Source: Betaproteobacteria bacterium
GTDB taxonomy: Bacteria; Pseudomonadota; Gammaproteobacteria; Burkholderiales; SG8-39
Direction of reading: 5' to 3'
Assembly (NCBI GenBank): GCA_947466535.1
Contig: CANIEV010000002.1
Span: forward strand, 1,432-65,431
Length of the DNA stretch: 64,000 nucleotides
Shown here in pieces: positions 28,437 through 38,127 of the stretch. The first letter of the stretch is position 1. Each line of letters starts with the position of its first letter. The notes below the pieces were generated by a model. The model saw only the letters and a list, made by a program, of their open reading frames with translations, made no database searches and had not been told where the DNA came from. Both the position numbers and the translations under genes were made by a program.

Positions 28437-29146
28437 AAAAGTTCCCAGGATTCATTGTTTTTGGCATCGTTCCGCTGATCGCTTGGGGGCTTGGCGTTTC
28501 GTATGCGTCTACGCTGCCTGCCGAAATCACCGTCCAGTACGATCTATCCCGAAACGGCAGTGCAATGGTGGAGATTTCCGAGCAGTTTAGGCACGGCAAC
28601 GGGCGTTACCGCATTGATTCCGAGGCTAAAGGAAAAGGCATCCTTGCGTTGTCCAACCGTGGATCGATCCGGCGATCGAGCGAAGGCGAAATCGTCGCCG
28701 GTGGATTAAGGCCGACTGAATTCAGGGATCGGCGTGGCAACGGACCGGTATCGGCCGCGAAATTCGACTGGCCTGGCAAACGGATCGTTCACGAGTTTGA
28801 TGGGCGAACGGAAACGACCGACTTGAAGGGCGGATCGACGCAGGACCGATTGAGTTTTCTTTGGGAATTCGCATTCCGTTCGATCCCCGAGCGAAACATC
28901 GCGGTCCTGCTCGCGGACGGCAAGGGAGCGAGCCAGGTGCGCTACCGGGTGGTCGGGCGCGAAAAACTCGATACTCCCGTCGGGGTTCTGGATACCTTGC
29001 ACATCGCGAAAGAGCAGGATGCCGGCGATGAACGGGGGACGGAAATCTGGTTCGCAGTTCAGAAAAACAATCTCCCGGTGAGGCTCCTTGTCATCGAAAA
29101 AGATGGCACGCGGCTGGACCAGATCGTGACGCGGATCCTTCCATGA
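28433..29146 (+). CDS. DUF3108 domain-containing protein (signal peptide)
   Basis: N-terminal signal or anchor followed by a beta-rich domain. ATGA overlaps on both sides. The family call is from memory of purN-DUF3108-rsmB synteny. Confidence 0.6.
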   Translation: MKKFPGFIVFGIVPLIAWGLGVSYASTLPAEITVQYDLSRNGSAMVEISEQFRHGNGRYRIDSEAKGKGILALSNRGSIRRSSEGEIVAGGLRPTEFRDRRGNGPVSAAKFDWPGKRIVHEFDGRTETTDLKGGSTQDRLSFLWEFAFRSIPERNIAVLLADGKGASQVRYRVVGREKLDTPVGVLDTLHIAKEQDAGDERGTEIWFAVQKNNLPVRLLVIEKDGTRLDQIVTRILP

Positions 29147-30420
29147 GCGAAACCGTATCGATCAGATTCGGCAAGGGCGTGTACGGCGCGTCCTGTGCCG
29201 CCGTTGCCGATGTCATGCGTCTCGAGCACCCGGCGGACGGGATGTTGTCCCGTTTCTTTCGCGAACATCCCAATGTCGGGCAGCATGACCGGGGTACCGT
29301 CGCCGAGACGGTGTACGCGATTCTCCGGAGGAGGCGCCTGCTCGATTTTCTGTGGCCCGGCGCAGACGTGCGTGAACTGGTCCTGCTCGCATGGGCCATT
29401 CTCCTGGGGGCCAATTTGCGCGAGCTGGAGCCGATTGCCAATGAGGCCCAATCGAAGCGCCTGGCAGAGGCGAAAGCCGCGGCCCGCGGGGAATTGCCCT
29501 TTGCCGTGGCCTGCGATCTGCCCGATTGGGTCATATCGCGTCTGCTCCTCCGGCGAACGGAGGAGGAGGTGCATGCGCTCGCCAATGGCCTGTTGGTAAG
29601 CGCGCCCCTCGACCTGCGCGTCAATTTGTTGAAGACGACGCGCGAGGAGGTGCTCGCCCGCCTTGCCGCTGACGGGTTCTCCGTAGCGCCAACGCCTCTT
29701 TCTCCTGCGGGTGTGCGTCTCCAAGGCAAACCGGCGATCAACCGTCATCCCTTGTTTGTTGACGGTTCGGTGGAGGTGCAGGATGAGGGAAGTCAACTCC
29801 TCGCGTACCTTGTGGGTGCACGCAGGGGCGAGATGGTGGTTGATTTCTGTGCAGGTGCCGGTGGAAAGACGCTTGCGCTCGGCATGCTCATGCATTCTAC
29901 GGGGCGCCTATACGCATTTGATGTCTCGGAAAAGCGATTGACCAATTTCAAGCCAAGGCTCGCTCGGTCCGGTCTTTCCAATGTGCATCCTCAACGCATA
30001 TCGAGTGAGCGCGACGTGCGAATCGGCCGTCTTGCAGGAAAGATCGATCGAGTCCTGGTAGATGCGCCCTGCAGCGGTCTCGGGACGCTCAGGCGAAACC
30101 CTGACCTGAAGTGGCGCCAGGACGAATCTGCAATCGACGAGCTGCGCGAAAAGCAGCGTGCGATCCTCTCCGGCGCTTCACGTCTTGTCAAACCGGGGGG
30201 GCGACTTGTTTATGCAACGTGCAGCCTGCTCGATGAGGAAAACGCGGGGACCGTGGATGGATTCCTAACGGCGCATCCGGACTTCCGGCGGATCAGTGCG
30301 ACCGGGGCGTTGGCCAAAGAGCGGATTGTTGTTCCCGGTGGCGAGGATCTGGAGCTTGTGCCACATGTACATGGCACTGACGGATTCTATGCGGCAGTCC
30401 TTGAGCGGATCGGGAAATGA
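29143..30420 (+). CDS. rsmB: RsmB/NOP2/Sun family RNA m5C methyltransferase
   Basis: VVDFCAGAGGKT (SAM motif I), DRVLVDAPCSGLGTLRRNPD and YATCSL (catalytic Cys motifs). Confidence 0.85.
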   Translation: MSETVSIRFGKGVYGASCAAVADVMRLEHPADGMLSRFFREHPNVGQHDRGTVAETVYAILRRRRLLDFLWPGADVRELVLLAWAILLGANLRELEPIANEAQSKRLAEAKAAARGELPFAVACDLPDWVISRLLLRRTEEEVHALANGLLVSAPLDLRVNLLKTTREEVLARLAADGFSVAPTPLSPAGVRLQGKPAINRHPLFVDGSVEVQDEGSQLLAYLVGARRGEMVVDFCAGAGGKTLALGMLMHSTGRLYAFDVSEKRLTNFKPRLARSGLSNVHPQRISSERDVRIGRLAGKIDRVLVDAPCSGLGTLRRNPDLKWRQDESAIDELREKQRAILSGASRLVKPGGRLVYATCSLLDEENAGTVDGFLTAHPDFRRISATGALAKERIVVPGGEDLELVPHVHGTDGFYAAVLERIGK

Positions 30421-30980
30421 AATCGTGGATCGGACTGGGTGCTGCCTGTATTGTTGCTGTCCAGCTTTCAACGGCATCTGCTCAATCCATCCCCGAGTCG
30501 ATATCGGCCCGCGGATCGGTTCAGGTGGCATTCACCCCTTGGGACAATGCCGAAGGCATGATCGTGGACGCGATCAACCGGGCAAGAACTGAAGTACTCG
30601 TGCAGGCATACGGTTTCACCAGCCGTACTATTGCGGATGCCCTTCTGACCGCGCACCGTCGGGGCGTGCGCATCCGGCTGCTTGCAGATCGCGAGCAGAC
30701 TTTTTCCGGTGACAACAGCAGGGTCCCTGACCTAGCTTCTGCAGGCGTGAGTGTTTCGCTCGAAGTTCGTTATCAGAGCGCGCACAACAAGGTGATGGTG
30801 ATCGATCCGGTGTCCGTCGACGGCGCCGTTATTACGGGAAGTTATAACTGGACTTACTCTGCGCAACACCGAAACGCCGAGAATGTCGTCATTTTCAGGC
30901 GTAGTCCTGAGTTGCTGAGGAGGTATGCGGAGAATTGGTACCGCCACTTCGCCGATGCGCTACCGTACGATTCCCACTGA
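30417..30980 (+). CDS. phospholipase D family, Nuc-like single-HKD nuclease with signal peptide
   Basis: Signal peptide ending TASAQ, then the HKD motif HNKVMVID and GSYNWTYSA. About 165 aa when mature, like periplasmic Nuc endonucleases. Confidence 0.75.
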   Translation: MKSWIGLGAACIVAVQLSTASAQSIPESISARGSVQVAFTPWDNAEGMIVDAINRARTEVLVQAYGFTSRTIADALLTAHRRGVRIRLLADREQTFSGDNSRVPDLASAGVSVSLEVRYQSAHNKVMVIDPVSVDGAVITGSYNWTYSAQHRNAENVVIFRRSPELLRRYAENWYRHFADALPYDSH

Positions 30981-31087
30981 AGGTGTAGGTCGTGTCACCA
31001 AGGCGATTGGGTCGACTGTCTTGTGGGACGCGCACTATCGTTATCCGGACTTGGGATAGGGATAGGGATTCATCGGGGGGGCGTTGA

Positions 31088-32374
31088 ATGGATGAGAGTG
31101 CCGGAATTCTGATTCTTGAAGCCTGGGCGGACCTGAGGGCGCCCAGCGTGGCTTGGCAGATCGGGACGGTCGTGGTCGCCCTTGTGGTTGCCGGAGTCGC
31201 AAGCCGTCTGGCTCACCTCGAGCGTATCGAGGCGAGCGGGGTCTGGAAGTTTGGCGTCGGCGGACTGCGTCGGATTCTGGGCCCGGCGGTAGCTCTTGTC
31301 GCGGTATTGATTGCCGGTGCGGTGCTCGGCAGGCATATGCGCGTCGAATTGCTTCATCTCGTTGTTCCGCTTTTGCTTTCAATGGTTCTGATTCGCGTGC
31401 TCGTTTATGTGTTGAGGCACGTGTTTTCCCCAAGCAGCGCGCTCGGCCTGTTCGAGCGTGCGATTGCTGCAGCGATTTGGGTTGTTGTTGCATTGCACAT
31501 CACCGGTCTTTTGCCCGAGGTGATGCGTTTTCTAGAGCAAGTCGGGTTTCACGTTGGGAAGCAGCAGATTTCCCTCTGGCTCCTGATGCAGGGAGTCTTC
31601 TGGATCGCTGTCACGATGCTGGGGGCGCTTTGGGCGGCTGGAACCATCGAGGCGCGTCTGATGCGTGCGGAAGTGCTCCACTCAAGCCTGAAGGTGGCGC
31701 TGGCCCGGTTGAGCCGGTCGGTCCTGATCCTTATGGCTTTTCTTGTCGTGTTGCCGCTGCTTGGTATCGACTTGACGGTGCTATCCGTTTTTGGCGGTGC
31801 CCTTGGCGTGGGATTGGGTTTCGGGCTGCAAAAAATCGCGAGCAACTATGTGAGCGGTTTCATCATTCTGCTCGACCGCTCGGTGCAGCTCGGTGACATG
31901 ATCACTGCGGATACGTTCTCGGGAGTCGTAAAGGAGATCACCATCCGGTACAGCGTTGTTCGCTCGCTTGACGGCCGGGAAGCCCTGATTCCGAACGAGA
32001 CACTGATTGCGCAGACTGTACTGAATCACACGCACACCGACTCCAAGGTCCGCATCGCGACCGAGGTCCAGGTCGGTTACGACACAGACATCGACAAGGT
32101 GACGGCATTGTTGCTTTCGATTGCGGGCGTGCATCCGAGGGTCCTTGCCGATCCGGCTCCGGTGGTTTTGCTGACGAAATTCGCCGAGAACGGACTTGAT
32201 CTGGAGCTGGGTTTCTGGATCGAAGATCCGGAAAACGGACAAGGCAGTGTCAAGTCGGATCTGAACCGCGAAATCCTGCGGGTATTCCACAGCGAAGGGA
32301 TTGATATTCCGTACCCCCACAGGGTGGTCAGAATGGCGGGTCCGAGCACGTCATTGAGTCATTCAAGTAATTGA
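31088..32374 (+). CDS. mechanosensitive ion channel family protein (MscS-like)
   Basis: Multi-TM N-terminus, then the MscS core ALGVGLGFGLQKIASNYVSGFIILLDRSVQLGDMI. Confidence 0.85.
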   Translation: MDESAGILILEAWADLRAPSVAWQIGTVVVALVVAGVASRLAHLERIEASGVWKFGVGGLRRILGPAVALVAVLIAGAVLGRHMRVELLHLVVPLLLSMVLIRVLVYVLRHVFSPSSALGLFERAIAAAIWVVVALHITGLLPEVMRFLEQVGFHVGKQQISLWLLMQGVFWIAVTMLGALWAAGTIEARLMRAEVLHSSLKVALARLSRSVLILMAFLVVLPLLGIDLTVLSVFGGALGVGLGFGLQKIASNYVSGFIILLDRSVQLGDMITADTFSGVVKEITIRYSVVRSLDGREALIPNETLIAQTVLNHTHTDSKVRIATEVQVGYDTDIDKVTALLLSIAGVHPRVLADPAPVVLLTKFAENGLDLELGFWIEDPENGQGSVKSDLNREILRVFHSEGIDIPYPHRVVRMAGPSTSLSHSSN

Positions 32375-32392
32375 AATAAAAAATATTTCAAT
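32370..32392. promoter_or_regulatory. AT-only perfect palindrome ATTGAAATA-N5-TATTTCAAT
   Basis: Two 9-bp arms overlap the mscS stop codon, about 105 nt upstream of the desaturase start and about 17 nt upstream of its predicted -35. Confidence 0.35.
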
Positions 32393-32408
32393 ACTTTCCG
32401 GAATCCCC

Positions 32409-32436
32409 TTGCAGGTCCGCGGGATTCCCGTAAAAT
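32409..32436 (+). promoter_or_regulatory. sigma70-type promoter of the desaturase gene
   Basis: TTGCAG, a 16-nt spacer, then TAAAAT. It is bracketed by the inverted repeat GGAATCCC (32400..32407) / GGGATTCC (32421..32428). Confidence 0.45.
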
Positions 32437-32496
32437 CGCCCCACAAAACAGGCGCCGGACGTTCTGTCCGGGGCAAAAATTGAGGAAGTCTGACTG

Positions 32497-33678
32497 ATGG
32501 TTTTTTTCGGGATTCTGGACCTCCCAGCGTGGGGGCTTGTCCTTGTTGCGCTCGCATTCACCCACATCACGATTGCCGCTGTCACTATCTTCCTTCACCG
32601 TTGCCAGGCACACCGGGCCCTTGATCTGCACCCGGTGGTTAGCCATTTTTTCCGTTTCTGGCTCTGGGCTACGACAGGGATGGTCACCATGGAGTGGGCG
32701 GCCATTCACCGCAAGCACCATGCTCGATGTGAGACGGCAGAAGATCCCCATAGTCCGCAGGTACTCGGTATCAAGAAGGTTTTCTGGGGCGGCGCATGGC
32801 TCTATAACCGCGAGACCTACAATCGTGACACGATGGAGCGATACGGTCATGGGACCTGTGACGACTGGGTCGAGCGCAATGTGTATGCGCGCCATACCGT
32901 GCTCGGGCTTGTGCTGATGGGAGCGGTGGACGTCGCACTTTTCGGCATTGTCCCGGGTGGTCTGATCATGTTGACCCAGTTGATCTGGATTCCGCTCTGG
33001 GCGGCTGGGGTGATCAACGGAATCGGGCATTACTGGGGATATCGCAACTGGGACGCCGGTGACGCGAGCCGGAACATCTTGCCGTGGGGCATTCTTGTCG
33101 GCGGTGAGGAACTTCATAACAACCACCATGCGTACGCGTCGTCTGCAAAGCTCTCCAGCAAATGGTACGAGTTCGACATTGGCTGGATGTACATCAGGAT
33201 TCTCGAGACGCTTGGCTTGGCCGAAGTGAAAAAGGTTGCGCCGACGCCTCGGTTTTCGGAAATGAAATCGACGGTAGATTTGGAGACCCTTCAGGCGGTG
33301 ATTACCTATCGTTACGATGTGCTCGCGAAATACGCGAAATCACTTAAGGCGACGTACGTGGAGGAGGTTGGAAAATTGCGCCACTTCTCTCCGCAGGACG
33401 CACGTCTGCTTCAGAGTCTGCGTCGATGGTTGCACCGCGATGCTGCCCAGATTCCAGAAATCGAGCGCATGCGCCTTGCGGAAGTGCTGGCGAAAAGCAA
33501 GCGGCTCAAGACGGTGTATTCGATGCGCCAGGAGTTGCCCATGCTTTGGGCACGTTCCACGGCATCCAAGGAACAGTTGCTCAAGCAATTGCAGGACTGG
33601 ATTCAAAGGGCGGAGCAGAGTGGTATCGCGCCGCTGGTCGAGTTCTCCCAACGGTTGAGATCTTATTCATTGGTTTGA
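32497..33678 (+). CDS. membrane fatty acid desaturase (acyl-CoA/acyl-lipid delta-9 type)
   Basis: Three histidine boxes: HRCQAH, HRKHHA and HNNHHAY. Confidence 0.85.
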   Translation: MVFFGILDLPAWGLVLVALAFTHITIAAVTIFLHRCQAHRALDLHPVVSHFFRFWLWATTGMVTMEWAAIHRKHHARCETAEDPHSPQVLGIKKVFWGGAWLYNRETYNRDTMERYGHGTCDDWVERNVYARHTVLGLVLMGAVDVALFGIVPGGLIMLTQLIWIPLWAAGVINGIGHYWGYRNWDAGDASRNILPWGILVGGEELHNNHHAYASSAKLSSKWYEFDIGWMYIRILETLGLAEVKKVAPTPRFSEMKSTVDLETLQAVITYRYDVLAKYAKSLKATYVEEVGKLRHFSPQDARLLQSLRRWLHRDAAQIPEIERMRLAEVLAKSKRLKTVYSMRQELPMLWARSTASKEQLLKQLQDWIQRAEQSGIAPLVEFSQRLRSYSLV

Positions 33679-33703
33679 CTACATGCTTCGATTTTAGCCA
33701 AAT

Positions 33704-33731
33704 AAAAAACCCGCCATCCGGCGGGTTTTTT
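33704..33731. terminator. bidirectional intrinsic terminator (desaturase / rpmG)
   Basis: AAAAAACCCGCC-ATCC-GGCGGGTTTTTT: a GC stem flanked by an A-run and a T-run. Confidence 0.8.
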
Positions 33732-33770
33732 ATTGCAGTTTTGCGGACTGCGATCGATTTGCAAGCGTGG

Positions 33771-33926
33771 TTACTTGATCTTCGTTTCCTTGTAGATCAC
33801 GTGCTTGCGCGCCTTGGGATCGTACTTCTTGATCTCCATCTTGTCGGGCGTAGTCCGCTTGTTCTTGGTGGTCGTATAGAAATGGCCGGTGCCGGCGGTG
33901 GATTCGAGCTTGATCTTGTCACGCAT
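33771..33926 (-). CDS. rpmG: 50S ribosomal protein L33
   Basis: Translates to [51 protein letters not shown] (51 aa). It is below the ORF-track cutoff. Confidence 0.95.
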   Translation of the reverse strand: MRDKIKLESTAGTGHFYTTTKNKRTTPDKMEIKKYDPKARKHVIYKETKIK

Positions 33927-33951
33927 GCTTATAACTCCTCGATGTCACGTA

Positions 33952-34185
33952 TCAGAGAGGGCCGCGCTCGCGCATTTCGGCGAGGACGACTTCAATGCCC
34001 TTCTTGTCGATGGTGCGAAGTCCGGCATTGGAAACACGCAGCGACACCCAGCGCTTCTCGTTTTCGAGCCAGAAGCGACGGTATTGAAGGTTGGGCAAGA
34101 AGCGTCTCTTTGTCTTGTTGTTGGCATGAGAGACATGATTGCCGACTTGCGGCTTCTTTCCGGTAACTTGGCAAACGCGAGCCAT
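33952..34185 (-). CDS. rpmB: 50S ribosomal protein L28
   Basis: [34 protein letters not shown] (77 aa). The longer ORF extension upstream is not needed. Confidence 0.95.
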   Translation of the reverse strand: MARVCQVTGKKPQVGNHVSHANNKTKRRFLPNLQYRRFWLENEKRWVSLRVSNAGLRTIDKKGIEVVLAEMRERGPL

Positions 34186-34212
34186 GACGCACTCCACTAA
34201 GCAAAGCCGGGA

Positions 34213-34241
34213 ATTATAGTGGGTAATGCTTGATAATTCAA
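34213..34241 (-). promoter_or_regulatory. sigma70-type promoter of rpmB-rpmG
   Basis: The minus strand reads TTGAAT, a 17-nt spacer, then TATAAT. The -10 lies about 28 nt upstream of the rpmB ATG. Confidence 0.6.
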
Positions 34242-34333
34242 GGAAGATCGCTGGACGGACATGTCGGGGATGGCTCGGCGAAATGATCTGGGGCTTTACG
34301 AGGTCCTCGAATTTTCCGCGCAAGAATAATGAC

Positions 34334-35008
34334 TTAAAGAATCCCTCGCTCGGCAAATGAAAGCGACCTTGCACCTGCCACGATGAAATGGTCGAGCACC
34401 TGAATGTCGACCAGGGCAAGCGCCGACTTCAACGTGCGGGTAAGCATTTCGTCGGCATGGCTGGGTTCGGCTACGCCTGACGGATGGTTGTGCGCAAGGA
34501 TGACGGCGGCTGCATTCGCACGTAGTGCGGCCTTGACGACTTCACGGGGATATACGCTCGTCTGCGTCAAAGTTCCTGCGAAAAGCTCTTCAGCGTGCAG
34601 GACGCGATGCTGTGCGTCGAGCCAGAGCGCAAGGAAAACCTCGCGGTCACGCGAGCCGATCGTAAGTCGCAGGTAGTCCCGGACCGCTGCGGGCGAGCCG
34701 AGGGCGCTACGCTCGCTGCTTTCCTCGCGCAGAACCCTGCGCGCAAGTTCGCTTGCGGCGATGAGTGGGGCGAGCTTTGCAGGGCCGACGCCCGGTATCG
34801 CGAGCAGCTTCTTCCGGTCTGTGGAGAGCAGCACGCGAAGGGAGCCGAAGTTGGATATCAGGTCGCGCCCGATATCGACTGCGCTGCGTCCCCTGACGCC
34901 GGTTCTGAGGAAAATCGCAAGAAGTTCTGCATCGGAGAGTCCCTGTGGTCCCATTGCGAGCATCCGCTCGCGAGGACGGTCCTGGCTTGGCCATTCGGTA
35001 ATCCTCAT
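34334..35008 (-). CDS. radC: RadC family (JAB/MPN domain) protein
   Basis: [21 protein letters not shown] and [17 protein letters not shown] (JAMM motif). Confidence 0.9.
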   Translation of the reverse strand: MRITEWPSQDRPRERMLAMGPQGLSDAELLAIFLRTGVRGRSAVDIGRDLISNFGSLRVLLSTDRKKLLAIPGVGPAKLAPLIAASELARRVLREESSERSALGSPAAVRDYLRLTIGSRDREVFLALWLDAQHRVLHAEELFAGTLTQTSVYPREVVKAALRANAAAVILAHNHPSGVAEPSHADEMLTRTLKSALALVDIQVLDHFIVAGARSLSFAERGIL

Positions 35009-35065
35009 CCCAGCCTCCGTCGCTTACAATGTGTTCTCAACTGAACGCGCAAGGATGGCCCAAGG

Positions 35066-36268
35066 ATGACCGGGACTTCGAACGTCCGATCCAACAGACG
35101 GGTGCTGCTTGGGCTGACCGGCGGCGTCGCTGCCTATAAGGCGGCAGAACTCGCGAGACGCTTTGTAAAGGGCGGAGCGGATGTTCGCGTCGTCATGACG
35201 CGGGCAGCCTGCGGATTCATCACTCCTGCGACGATGCAGGCACTGACCGGTCAGCCGGTGTTCACGGACATGTGGGACACGCGGATTGCAGACGGGATGG
35301 CGCATATTGAACTATCTCGGGACCGGGATCTCATCCTCATTGCCCCGGCCAGCGCGGACTTTCTTGCGAAGCTGGCGACGGGGCTCGCCGACGACCTGCT
35401 GTCGACGCTGTGCCTCGCACGGAGTTGCCCGCTGGCGGTTGCTCCCGCAATGAACGTCGAGATGTGGAATCAGGCAGCCACGCAGCGAAATATCGCGCAA
35501 TTGCGCGCGGACGGGATTTCGATATTTGGCCCGGGTGACGGAGAGCAGGCGTGCGGCGAGATGGGTCTTGGGCGGATGCTGGAACCTGCGGAGATTCACG
35601 ACGCCGTAGCTGCGTTGCTCACGCCCGGAACGCTGTCGGGAAAGCGGGTACTGATAACCGCGGGTCCGACCTATGAACCGATCGATACGGTACGCGGGAT
35701 CACGAATCAGAGTTCAGGGCGCATGGGGTATGCGGTTGCGCAGGCTGCGGTTGACGCTGGCGCGTCGGTGACCCTGGTCACCGGGCGTACTTCATTGCCG
35801 ACACCCGCGGGTGTCGTGCGTGTTGACGTTGTCACCGCACGCGAAATGCATACGGCGGTAATGGCTCGAACCAACGAATGCGACATTTTCATTGCTGTTG
35901 CCGCGGTTGCGGACTATCACGTCGTGGACGCGAGAAACCACAAGATCAAACGCGGTGACGGTGGCATGACCGTCGAACTTGCGCCGAACCCCGACATTCT
36001 TGCAGACGTGGCATCTCTGGAACGACCGCCGTTTTGCGTGGGATTCGCAGCGGAGACGGAGAACATGCGCGCCTATGCACAGGAAAAACGGCGAAAAAAG
36101 CGCGTGCCCCTGATTGCAGCCAATCTCGCGCAGGAGGCATTCGGGCGGGAAGACAATGCGTTGACCTTGTTCGATGACGCAGGTGAGCATGAGATCGCAA
36201 GAGCGCCGAAAATTGTCGTTGCACGCCGTCTCGTGGAACATATCGCCTCAATGCTGGGTCTTCGTTGA
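35066..36268 (+). CDS. coaBC: bifunctional phosphopantothenoylcysteine decarboxylase / phosphopantothenate-cysteine ligase
   Basis: LLGLTGGVAAYKAAEL flavoprotein N-domain, APAMNVEMW and ITAGPTYEPIDTVRGITNQSSGRMG in the CoaB domain. Confidence 0.9.
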   Translation: MTGTSNVRSNRRVLLGLTGGVAAYKAAELARRFVKGGADVRVVMTRAACGFITPATMQALTGQPVFTDMWDTRIADGMAHIELSRDRDLILIAPASADFLAKLATGLADDLLSTLCLARSCPLAVAPAMNVEMWNQAATQRNIAQLRADGISIFGPGDGEQACGEMGLGRMLEPAEIHDAVAALLTPGTLSGKRVLITAGPTYEPIDTVRGITNQSSGRMGYAVAQAAVDAGASVTLVTGRTSLPTPAGVVRVDVVTAREMHTAVMARTNECDIFIAVAAVADYHVVDARNHKIKRGDGGMTVELAPNPDILADVASLERPPFCVGFAAETENMRAYAQEKRRKKRVPLIAANLAQEAFGREDNALTLFDDAGEHEIARAPKIVVARRLVEHIASMLGLR

Positions 36269-36342
36269 CCTGCTCTGAACGTAACCGGCGTTACTCGAAC
36301 CCACACTGTGACCAGACGCCGGCAGATGCACCGGCTTAACAA

Positions 36343-36792
36343 GTGCAATCGATCGACATAAAAATTATCGATGCACGCTTGCGGCAGCACCTGCCGCGGT
36401 ATGCGACCGATGGTGCCGCCGGCCTTGATCTGCGGGCATGCATTGATTCACCTTTGGACGTCGCGCCAGGGACGTCACATCTGGTCAAATCAGGAATCGC
36501 AATTCACCTGGCGGATCGCGGATTTGCAGCTCTGGTGCTCCCTAGGTCCGGCCTTGGGTCCAAACACGGCATCGTGCTCGGCAACCTGGTGGGACTGATC
36601 GATTCCGACTATCAGGGCGAAATCGTCATTTCCGTCTGGAATCGGGGGCACGCGCATTTCGTGATTGAACCGCTGGACCGTATTGCCCAACTGGTCATCG
36701 TCCCAGTGGCTCAAGTCAGGCTGAACATTGTCGAGGAATTCCCTGCAAGCTTGCGTGGAGACGCGGGGTTCGGAAGTACCGGGAAGTCATAG
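36343..36792 (+). CDS. dut: dUTP diphosphatase
   Basis: [37 protein letters not shown] and [10 protein letters not shown] motifs. GTG start. Confidence 0.9.
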   Translation: MQSIDIKIIDARLRQHLPRYATDGAAGLDLRACIDSPLDVAPGTSHLVKSGIAIHLADRGFAALVLPRSGLGSKHGIVLGNLVGLIDSDYQGEIVISVWNRGHAHFVIEPLDRIAQLVIVPVAQVRLNIVEEFPASLRGDAGFGSTGKS

Positions 36793-36793
36793 G

Positions 36794-36814
36794 GCGGGCG
36801 TGTCAGACGCCCGC
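36794..36814. terminator. hairpin between the convergent dut and fccB genes
   Basis: GCGGGCGT-GTCAG-ACGCCCGC forms an 8-bp GC stem. There is no clear U-tract on either strand. Confidence 0.35.
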
Positions 36815-36842
36815 TGCTGGCGAATGCGGTTCGACAGAATTG

Positions 36843-38117
36843 CTACGCAAGCATGTCGGACCAGATGTTCTGGGCCCAGGCCCATCCGTAGGAGCCTTCC
36901 AGTTCGCTACGTTGCGACGACACGCCGCCTGCGCCGCTGACCGGAACAAGCAGCTTTTGTGCAGCGTCGTAGCGATGCACCGATGAAACGTGTATCACTT
37001 CCTTGTCGCTGACGAAGCTGTAGCAGGTATTGGCGAGAACGGGGCTTGTGCCCGGTTCGCGGTCGTTCATCAGCTCCACGATCGCGGCGGCTGCGAGTTT
37101 CCCGTGCTGGTTCGCCATGTGTCCGGACTTTGGCATTGCAGGAGCTGAAAGGGTGGAGTCGCCCAGGATGTGGACTCCTGGCATTTTTAGCGATTCCATC
37201 GTCAGCCAGTCGACTCCACACCAACGATTGTTCGCAGTTATCAGTGGTTGGGCGAGATCGCCTGCCCGCATCGGCGGGAGTACGTTGAGCACGTCCCCCT
37301 TGATGCTTTCAAAGTCAGTCTTGACTGACATTTCCTTAAGGTCAATGTCCTTGGCCTCAGCATTGCCTCGATATTCGATGATGCCCGGATAAAGATCCCG
37401 CCATGCGGCCTTGAACAAGGGGCCCTTCGAGGTTACATCTTCATTCGCGTCGAGGATCAGTACTTTCGATCTTGGCTTGGCCTTCTTGAAATAGTGCGCA
37501 ACCTGTGAGGCGCGTTCGTAAGGTCCAGGAGGACACCGGTATGGGGCGCGCGGAATTGCGAGGACATACACGCCGCCATCGCGCATCGATTCCAACTGCT
37601 TTCTCAGTGCCAGCGTGTCCGGGCCCGCTTTCCAGGCATGCAGCACCTGCTTTTGTGCTTCCGGGCTTTTCAATCCCGGGATGGATTCGTAGATCATGTC
37701 CACGCCCGGGGACAGGACAAGCCGATCGTATGGCAGGTCTTCGATGCGTCGCAGTGAGACGCGTTTGCGATCGAAGTTGATACTTGTGACTTCGTCGCGA
37801 ATGACCTGTACGCCATAGTCCCGCAGCTTCGAATAGCTTCGAGTGATGTCGGACATCTGACGCGACCCGCCCAACACCAGATTTGACATGGGGCAGGAGA
37901 CGAATTCGGGATTGCGTTCGATCATGAACACTTCGATCGCGCCACCCGACCACATCCTGAGATACTTCGCAGCAGTCGCGCCGCCGTATCCGCCGCCTAC
38001 GATCAGGACCCGGCCGATCGGTTTCTTGATATCTCTCGTGCTTGCGCAACCCGCGAAAATGGGAAGTGACGTGGATGCGGTCGCGGCAAACTTTAGAAAC
38101 CCGCGTCGAGTGGTCAT
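36843..38117 (-). CDS. fccB: flavocytochrome c sulfide dehydrogenase, flavoprotein subunit
   Basis: Tat signal TRRGFLKF, then VGGGYGGATAAKY, APYRCPPGPYERASQVAHY and MPKSGHMANQ match FccB closely. The ATG at 38117 is preceded by GAGGAT. Confidence 0.85.
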   Translation of the reverse strand: MTTRRGFLKFAATASTSLPIFAGCASTRDIKKPIGRVLIVGGGYGGATAAKYLRMWSGGAIEVFMIERNPEFVSCPMSNLVLGGSRQMSDITRSYSKLRDYGVQVIRDEVTSINFDRKRVSLRRIEDLPYDRLVLSPGVDMIYESIPGLKSPEAQKQVLHAWKAGPDTLALRKQLESMRDGGVYVLAIPRAPYRCPPGPYERASQVAHYFKKAKPRSKVLILDANEDVTSKGPLFKAAWRDLYPGIIEYRGNAEAKDIDLKEMSVKTDFESIKGDVLNVLPPMRAGDLAQPLITANNRWCGVDWLTMESLKMPGVHILGDSTLSAPAMPKSGHMANQHGKLAAAAIVELMNDREPGTSPVLANTCYSFVSDKEVIHVSSVHRYDAAQKLLVPVSGAGGVSSQRSELEGSYGWAWAQNIWSDMLA

Positions 38118-38127
38118 CTTTTGATCC

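Noticed and set aside
31053-31070. Micro-repeat GGGATAGGGATAGGGATT lies upstream of the mscS-like gene. A GCATCTGCGCCC x2 repeat (3007..3030) lies at the nadE 3' end and encodes ASAPASAP.
   Set aside because: These are only two to three short units, consistent with slippage noise. There is no structural or regulatory context to support a function.
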